64,000 bases of DNA. Source: Bacteroidales bacterium (GTDB taxonomy: Bacteria > Bacteroidota > Bacteroidia > Bacteroidales > CAIWKO01). Of this stretch, positions 58,171-64,000 are shown one piece after another. Below the pieces are notes generated by a model. It saw nothing but the letters and a program-made list of their open reading frames with translations, was not told where the DNA came from and ran no database searches. The position numbers and the translations under genes were made by a program. The stretch spans positions 1 to 64,000 of the forward strand of contig DAOORA010000017.1 of NCBI GenBank assembly GCA_035389045.1, given 5' to 3'. How positions within the stretch are numbered: the stretch's first letter is position 1; each line of letters opens with the position of its first letter.

Positions 58171-58709
58171 AATTCCTTGAACTGGTGAGGCTGCGTCAGA
58201 GCTCCAGAAAATACAGTACCCGGCAGGTTGAGCGGGAAAAAATACAGCGGTGTATTGAAGCTGCGCGCCTTGCGCCTTCGGCCTGCAATTCGCAGCCATG
58301 GACTTTTGTTGTAGTCGATGAACCTGAGTTATGCCGGAAAGTTGCCGGCGAAACATACAATGCCCTGATCCCGTTCAACCGGTTTGTTGCCCGGGCTAAG
58401 GTCATAGTCGTTATGGTCGCCGAAAGGCCTAATGTAATATCCCAAATTGGGGGAAGGATTAGAAACAAGGACTTTTACCTTATTGACACCGGCATCGCTG
58501 CAGAGCATTTTTGCCTGCAGGCTGCCGAAGAAGAACTGGGCACGTGTATGCTGGGATGGTTCAATGAAAAGAACGTCATGAAACTGCTGAATATTCCCAA
58601 AGGTAAACGCATCGGCCTGATGATAGCCATGGGATATTCCGAATCCCGGTTAAGAGAGAAAATACGAAAACCAATTAATGAAATATTAAAATATAATAGT
58701 TATGAATGA
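58167..58709 (+). CDS. Nitroreductase family protein
   Basis: 'RQSSRKY', 'APSACNSQPW', 'LGTCMLG', 'IAMGY'. Confidence 0.93.
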   Translation: MKFLELVRLRQSSRKYSTRQVEREKIQRCIEAARLAPSACNSQPWTFVVVDEPELCRKVAGETYNALIPFNRFVARAKVIVVMVAERPNVISQIGGRIRNKDFYLIDTGIAAEHFCLQAAEEELGTCMLGWFNEKNVMKLLNIPKGKRIGLMIAMGYSESRLREKIRKPINEILKYNSYE

Positions 58710-60009
58710 AAAGGTCTTAGAAAACATTAATCTGCCACTGCTTCAGGATGCAGACCTGAAAAACAAAGTAGTTCTGGTCAGGGTTGACCACAACGTGGTG
58801 AAAAAAGGTATTATTCATGATCCGTACAGGATAGATGCGACAATTTCGACCCTTTATTACATTAATGCCAAGGGTGGAAAAATAATCCTGATGACTCATG
58901 CCGGCCGGCCGAAAAACAAAAAGACGGGCGAAATAGCCGTTTCTGATGATACATCCGTACAACCTATTGTGGATTATCTGCAGAACAAGCTGCATATTAC
59001 AATCAAAGTCCCTGAATTTCAGCAGCATGGAACACTTGGTTTTCTGGATGTCGAGACATCGATCAATCACCTGATCCGCGATCTTAACGACCACACCATT
59101 GATATGGTATACCTGCCTAATACCCGCTGGTTTGCCGGCGAAGAAGCCAAAGGAGGCGATGCCGACCGTTTTGCATATCAGCTTGCAGGACTTGCCGACA
59201 TTTTTGTGAATGATGCCTTCGGTTCGTGGCAGGCACACGCATCAACCGTCAATGTGGCGAAATACCTTCCTTCTTATGCCGGGTTTTTATTGCAGAAAGA
59301 AATCACGAATCTTGACCGTATTTATAGCCCCGACAGACCTTTTGTTTCGGTGGTTGCCGGTTCCAAGTTCGACACCAAGGTTGATTCGCTGAACGCCCTG
59401 CTGAAAGTGTCAGACCACCTGGTGCTGGGCGGTGTGATCTATAATGCTTTTTTGTGTGCAAAATATGGTTTTATGATCGAAGGCATAGAAAATGAAGACA
59501 TAGAACTGGCCAAAAAATTCGTGGAATATTCCAAACAATTTCCGGGTAAACTGGTTGAACTTCCTTATATTGTGGAATCGGACACCATGGAAGGTTTGCT
59601 GCCCGGACAGTACCGCGTGCATAATATTAACGACCTGAAACAGGGACGTCACCTGAACTATGTGCTGGATGTGGATCCGAAATCGTTTCAGGTGCCTGAG
59701 GTTGAGGAAGTCTTTTTGAAAGCCAGGACCATCTTTGTAAATGCTGTTATGGGCTATACGCCTCATTTTAACGAAGGAACCATTGCTTTGGATGAACTGA
59801 TTGATAAAAACAATGACGCAGTAAAACTTTACGGAGGAGGTGATACCCTGCAGGAACTGAAGCGCCTGCTGCCCGGCTTGTACATAGTTGCTCTTGACAG
59901 CCCGCAATACTATATTTTTACCGGCGGGGGAGCCGTGCTGAAAGCCATACAGGAAGGAAATGTCCTTGGCCTGGAACCGGTGAAAGCACTTATTAAATCC
60001 AAAAAATAA
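58702..60009 (+). CDS. pgk: Phosphoglycerate kinase (divergent)
   Basis: 'VLVRVDHNV', 'THAGRP', 'FVNDAFG', 'GGGDT', 'TGGGA'. Confidence 0.85.
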   Translation: MNEKVLENINLPLLQDADLKNKVVLVRVDHNVVKKGIIHDPYRIDATISTLYYINAKGGKIILMTHAGRPKNKKTGEIAVSDDTSVQPIVDYLQNKLHITIKVPEFQQHGTLGFLDVETSINHLIRDLNDHTIDMVYLPNTRWFAGEEAKGGDADRFAYQLAGLADIFVNDAFGSWQAHASTVNVAKYLPSYAGFLLQKEITNLDRIYSPDRPFVSVVAGSKFDTKVDSLNALLKVSDHLVLGGVIYNAFLCAKYGFMIEGIENEDIELAKKFVEYSKQFPGKLVELPYIVESDTMEGLLPGQYRVHNINDLKQGRHLNYVLDVDPKSFQVPEVEEVFLKARTIFVNAVMGYTPHFNEGTIALDELIDKNNDAVKLYGGGDTLQELKRLLPGLYIVALDSPQYYIFTGGGAVLKAIQEGNVLGLEPVKALIKSKK

Positions 60010-60066
60010 ACATAAACATACATTTTTGAATGTTTGTGCCAGAAATTTCGTTCAACAGTTAAATTT

Positions 60067-61023
60067 ATGATAATGGAAACCCGTGGTGATCTGAGAAAAC
60101 TTGTAACAGGAATTGATATCGGTGGTACTAACACCGTCATCGGTTTTGCTGACGCAGGGGGCAACTGTTTGTATAAAACATCTTTAGGCACCGCGGATTA
60201 TGAAGACCCTGCCGTGTTTGTAAAAGATGTTGCAGGGATAATCGTTGATTTTTTTCAAAAGAACGATGATACGTACCTGATTGGTATCGGTATCGGTGCG
60301 CCGAACGGAAATTTTTATAACGGGAGTATCGAGTTTGCACCCAATCTGAAATGGAAGGGTGTCGTTCCGCTTGTCGACCTTTTTAAAAAGTATTTCAATG
60401 TTCCTGTAACGCTTACCAATGACGCCAATGCTGCCGCTATAGGAGAAATGGTCTACGGTAACGCAAAGGGCATGAAACATTTTATTGAGTTTACGCTTGG
60501 AACCGGTGTGGGAAGCGGTATCGTTGTCGACGGGAAAATGGTTTACGGGCATGATGGTTGTGCCGGAGAATTAGGCCATGCCATTATTTTTCCCGGAGGG
60601 CGCACTTGCGGATGCGGCCGCCAGGGCTGTCTGGAGGCCTACTGTTCGGCTAAGGGTATCGTTACCACCTTTCTGGAATTACTGGAGAACGAAGGCAGAA
60701 AACCCGACGGAAAAATTACGCCTTATGCTATTTCGGAACTGGCTTCAAAAGGGGATCATGCCGCTATCAAAACTTTTGAATTTACCGGCGAGGTGCTTGG
60801 GCTGGCCATTTCAAACAGTGTAACCTATACCAGCCCCGAAGCGATATTTATTTTCGGAGGTATTGCCAATGCCGGCGAACTCCTGCTGAAACCCATCCGC
60901 GATAGTTTTGAAAAGAACCTGTTGGGAGTTTACAAGAATAAAATTAAGATCATGCCATCGGGTATCAAAGAAAATGATGCAGCGATTCTTGGCGCCGCAT
61001 CTCTGATATGGCAAAATTATTGA
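60067..61023 (+). CDS. ROK family sugar kinase
   Basis: 'GIDIGGT', 'NDANAAAIGE', 'TLGTGVGSG', 'GELGH', 'CGCGRQGCLE'. Start uncertain (60034-60073). Confidence 0.93.
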   Translation: MIMETRGDLRKLVTGIDIGGTNTVIGFADAGGNCLYKTSLGTADYEDPAVFVKDVAGIIVDFFQKNDDTYLIGIGIGAPNGNFYNGSIEFAPNLKWKGVVPLVDLFKKYFNVPVTLTNDANAAAIGEMVYGNAKGMKHFIEFTLGTGVGSGIVVDGKMVYGHDGCAGELGHAIIFPGGRTCGCGRQGCLEAYCSAKGIVTTFLELLENEGRKPDGKITPYAISELASKGDHAAIKTFEFTGEVLGLAISNSVTYTSPEAIFIFGGIANAGELLLKPIRDSFEKNLLGVYKNKIKIMPSGIKENDAAILGAASLIWQNY

Positions 61024-61085
61024 TAATGAATTAGTTTTGGCAAAACGAAATGATGAAAATCAACATTAGAATAAAAAGATAAAGA

Positions 61086-62687
61086 ATGAAACCAATGAAA
61101 GAAATTTTGCTGCTTATTTATATGATAGTTATGTCAATGAGTGTGTTCGGACAGAAACAAATCCTGTCTGTTTTTCCGAATCCTGCAGAAACAACGCTGG
61201 TAAAAGGCCGTTTTATTCTCACTTCTGCAACAAAGATCTATGTAGACAACTTAGAAACTTCTGGCAGGGATGCCGAATTGTTTAATGAATACCTTTTAAA
61301 GTATTACTCTTTTTCACTGGACATTTCTGTGAGCCAGCGATACGACAGTAATGCAATCATTATCAGAACCATTACGGAACAGGATATGCCTGATGATGCA
61401 TACCGGCTTGATGTTTCCAACGGTTTTATTATTATTGAAGGTAAAGGCGCCGGGGTTTTTTATGCATTGCAAACATTGATACAGATGTTGCCGCCATATA
61501 AAACAGATGTGTTTAAACTTCAGCGTATTAAGATTTATGATTATCCGCAATACAAATGGCGTGGGATGCATCTTGACGTGTGCAGACATTTTTTTACTGT
61601 CGAAGAGATAAAAAAATACATTGATCATATTTCATTTTATAAGATGAATGTGTTCCACTGGCACCTTACTGATGACCAGGGATGGCGTATTCAAATCGAT
61701 AAATTCCCTAAGCTGACCAGCATTGGCGGATACAGAAACGGAACACTGATAGGTCATGCCAAAGATACTGTGAAGAAATATGACACCATTCGTTATGGCG
61801 GATATTATACAAAAGAACAGATCAGGGATATTGTAGCCTACGCTGAACGGCGGCATGTCATGATCGTTCCGGAGATAGAAATGCCCGGACACAGCCTGGC
61901 CGCACTAAGTGCATACCCCGAATATTCATGCACCGGAGGCCCTTTTGAAGTAGCAAAATCGTGGGGCGTGTTTGAAGATGTGTTTTGCACCAAAGACAAA
62001 ACCATTCATTTTCTCGAGGATGTATTATCCGAAGTAATGGACCTGTTTCCCGGGAAATATATACATTTAGGCGGGGATGAATGTTCGAAAGTCCGTTGGG
62101 AAAAATGCCCGGAATGCCGGAAGGTGATGAAACGCGAAGGATTCAAAAATACTGGACAACTCCAGCATTATGTGATGCGCACCATAGGAAAATTTGTCAG
62201 TTCAAAAGGAAAAACGATCATCGGATGGGATGAGATACTTGAAGAAAAACTGTCGCCCGGTGCAGTGGTGATGGCATGGCACGGAGATTCTGTCGCAACT
62301 GCTGCGGCAAATCTGAAACATGATGTGATCATGTGTCCCACAGACTACTGCTATTTCGATTACTATCAGGGGGATTCGATTACTGAACCATTGGCTATCG
62401 GTGGAAATACAACGCTTGAAAAAGTCTATTCCTTTGATCCCGCGCCAAAAAAAATTACTCCTGAACAACGTAAATATATACTCGGAGGGCAGGGAAATGT
62501 GTGGACAGAATATATATCCGATTTCAAACAACTGGAATACATGGTGTTTCCTCGTATGATAGCCCTTAGCGAGGTTTTATGGTCCAAAACAGAAAACCGT
62601 GCCTACGAAAGTTTTGACAGAAGACTGCAAAAACATGTATCGTTGCTTGATATGTACAGAGTGAATTACCGGCGATTGAATAAATAG
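61086..62687 (+). CDS. Beta-N-acetylhexosaminidase (GH20)
   Basis: 'WRGMHLDVCRHF', 'HWHLTDDQGWR', 'PEIEMPGH', catalytic 'HLGGDE', 'VWTEY'. Confidence 0.95.
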   Translation: MKPMKEILLLIYMIVMSMSVFGQKQILSVFPNPAETTLVKGRFILTSATKIYVDNLETSGRDAELFNEYLLKYYSFSLDISVSQRYDSNAIIIRTITEQDMPDDAYRLDVSNGFIIIEGKGAGVFYALQTLIQMLPPYKTDVFKLQRIKIYDYPQYKWRGMHLDVCRHFFTVEEIKKYIDHISFYKMNVFHWHLTDDQGWRIQIDKFPKLTSIGGYRNGTLIGHAKDTVKKYDTIRYGGYYTKEQIRDIVAYAERRHVMIVPEIEMPGHSLAALSAYPEYSCTGGPFEVAKSWGVFEDVFCTKDKTIHFLEDVLSEVMDLFPGKYIHLGGDECSKVRWEKCPECRKVMKREGFKNTGQLQHYVMRTIGKFVSSKGKTIIGWDEILEEKLSPGAVVMAWHGDSVATAAANLKHDVIMCPTDYCYFDYYQGDSITEPLAIGGNTTLEKVYSFDPAPKKITPEQRKYILGGQGNVWTEYISDFKQLEYMVFPRMIALSEVLWSKTENRAYESFDRRLQKHVSLLDMYRVNYRRLNK

Positions 62688-62760
62688 TGGGGTTCTAAAA
62701 CTCCAATTTCTTCCCTGCCTGACCCAGCCCAGTCGGGGAACCTACACCGAACAAGGGCTT

Positions 62761-62831
62761 TGTAGTCATCTGATGACTGCCAACCTTTGATTATTGTAGT
62801 GTTTTGTAATTTTTCAGTCATCTGATGACTG
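62761..62831. repeat. Two copies of the palindrome AGTCATC-T-GATGACTG (REP-like)
   Basis: Copies at 62764-62779 (the first reads GTAGTCATC... from 62762) and 62816-62831; the second overlaps the stop of the 62814..63449 gene. Confidence 0.75.
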
Positions 62832-63449
62832 GTTAAAATCATAAACGATTCCTAAAGCATACGTTGGCTGGCGTTCCCAGAAATTATAAACATACATTTC
62901 CAGTGATAATTTCTTGTACCCAAGCACGATCATGGGTCCGGCAGAAATGTTTTTTTCACCCGATTGCGGAATAAACAGCTGCACAGCGCCACCCATCCCA
63001 AAATGATCGGAAAAGTTAAAACTGAAATTTGTCCAATCCCAGAAAAAACTGTTCGGAAAATCCTTCAGGTCAAAGGTGTACTGGCACTGTGTAGAAGTAA
63101 CAAATGATTTATATTCCAGGTTGAAATTAAAGCCCGGAGATATGCCGCTGGTGGAGCCTGCAACACCTCCCAGCATGGGCGTTAATTCTATCCAGGTATT
63201 TTTCCCAAAAGAGAACGACCGGCCAAAATACAGGGAAGCCGTTTCGGAGTTTTCATAATTATATCGTGCTTCAAGGTAGTAGTCACCGATATAAACCCAA
63301 AACTGCGGCGTAACCACTGCCGGCCCTCCGGCCGACCATTGAATGGTGGTGTAAATGCCTGCATCATGAAACAGGCTGTCCTGCTCCTGTGCTTTAACCA
63401 TTAAGGGTAAAGCAGACAGAAAACAAGCCCCAAAAAACCAGTGTTTCAT
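62814..63449 (-). CDS. Putative outer-membrane beta-barrel protein
   Basis: Signal peptide, alternating aromatic beta-strands, near-terminal 'YALGIVYDF'. Confidence 0.6.
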   Translation of the reverse strand: MKHWFFGACFLSALPLMVKAQEQDSLFHDAGIYTTIQWSAGGPAVVTPQFWVYIGDYYLEARYNYENSETASLYFGRSFSFGKNTWIELTPMLGGVAGSTSGISPGFNFNLEYKSFVTSTQCQYTFDLKDFPNSFFWDWTNFSFNFSDHFGMGGAVQLFIPQSGEKNISAGPMIVLGYKKLSLEMYVYNFWERQPTYALGIVYDFNQSSDD

Positions 63450-63503
63450 ACTGTAAAAGTATGTTTTTTTATCCGATTATGCCTGGAGGAAAATTTCAAA
63501 ATA

Positions 63504-64000
63504 TTATATCGGCTCCATGATGTATTTCTTTAAAAAAAACGCCGGATGCATTTCTATTTTTGATTTACGTATAGATTCTATTCCCAGGTCGGCCTCCCAG
63601 TTAAGATATTCTATTCCGCGGCTGCTTGACAAGGCAACTATTTCTTTCATCAGGTACTGGTAAACACCCTTGCAGCCAGTGTTGGCTTTACAAAAAAGCC
63701 CGGTAAGAAATTTTGCATTATTTATATCGAAGATAGAAAATGCAATCAAGGTCTGTCGGTCAAAAAGTCCTATGGCGCCAACGGAATCGAAATTACGGAC
63801 TATCGACAATAGCTTTTTTAATGCGTTATGCTCACCGGTGGATTCAAAATTCTTGTTGCCGGCTGCTTTAGTGTTTGCCCAGGTGTCGTAAAGAGTTAGT
63901 ATCTGACTAACATATTGTTGTGCAGTAAGATCAAGGATGCGCGTGATGATGCCCGGATATTTAGTTTTAAAGGTAGCGCATTTGTGGCGGTAAACCCTAT
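63504..64000 (-). CDS. DUF2156 / phosphatidylglycerol-lysyltransferase-like GNAT domain protein (5'-partial)
   Basis: Frame is open to the window end (RVYRHKCATFKTKYP...). 'KAN...GVYQYL', 'YLNWEADLGIESIRKSK..MHP...KKY'. Confidence 0.75.
   Translation of the reverse strand, partial: RVYRHKCATFKTKYPGIITRILDLTAQQYVSQILTLYDTWANTKAAGNKNFESTGEHNALKKLLSIVRNFDSVGAIGLFDRQTLIAFSIFDINNAKFLTGLFCKANTGCKGVYQYLMKEIVALSSSRGIEYLNWEADLGIESIRKSKIEMHPAFFLKKYIMEPI

Overview
Chromosomal segment of an anaerobic Bacteroidota (Bacteroidales-like) genome. This rests on T9SS cargo proteins with type A and type B C-terminal domains, TAnnTTTG promoter elements, SPII lipoproteins and a nifJ-type pyruvate:ferredoxin oxidoreductase. 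Most of the window is housekeeping (gpx, meaB, nifJ, rdgB, purD, dut, acpP-fabF-rnc, ClC, xth, pgk, ROK, GH20) plus secreted proteases, an AlgI/AlgJ-type O-acetylation pair and dispersed umuD/SRAP/umuC genes. The standout is a three-gene minus-strand cluster at 16259-20658. (1) A thermolysin-family (M4) protease with no signal peptide, carrying nine tandem C-x-x-[GSA]-P motifs and an HhH-like tail. (2) A PqqD/RRE-radical SAM-SPASM maturase. (3) A 259-aa protein that looks by eye like a bacterial gasdermin. Together they suggest a possibly undescribed system in which a radical-SAM-modified metalloprotease activates a pore-forming cell-death protein; this is inference. Also seen: a 165-bp MITE-like element with terminal inverted repeats and a 4-bp target duplication, several REP-like palindromes, a degenerate repeat field at 51.4-52.0 kb, and an rnc gene whose conserved N-terminus follows the fabF stop in frame with no canonical start codon. 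No tRNA, rRNA or CRISPR array was recognised. All family calls are motif recognition by eye; no searches were run.
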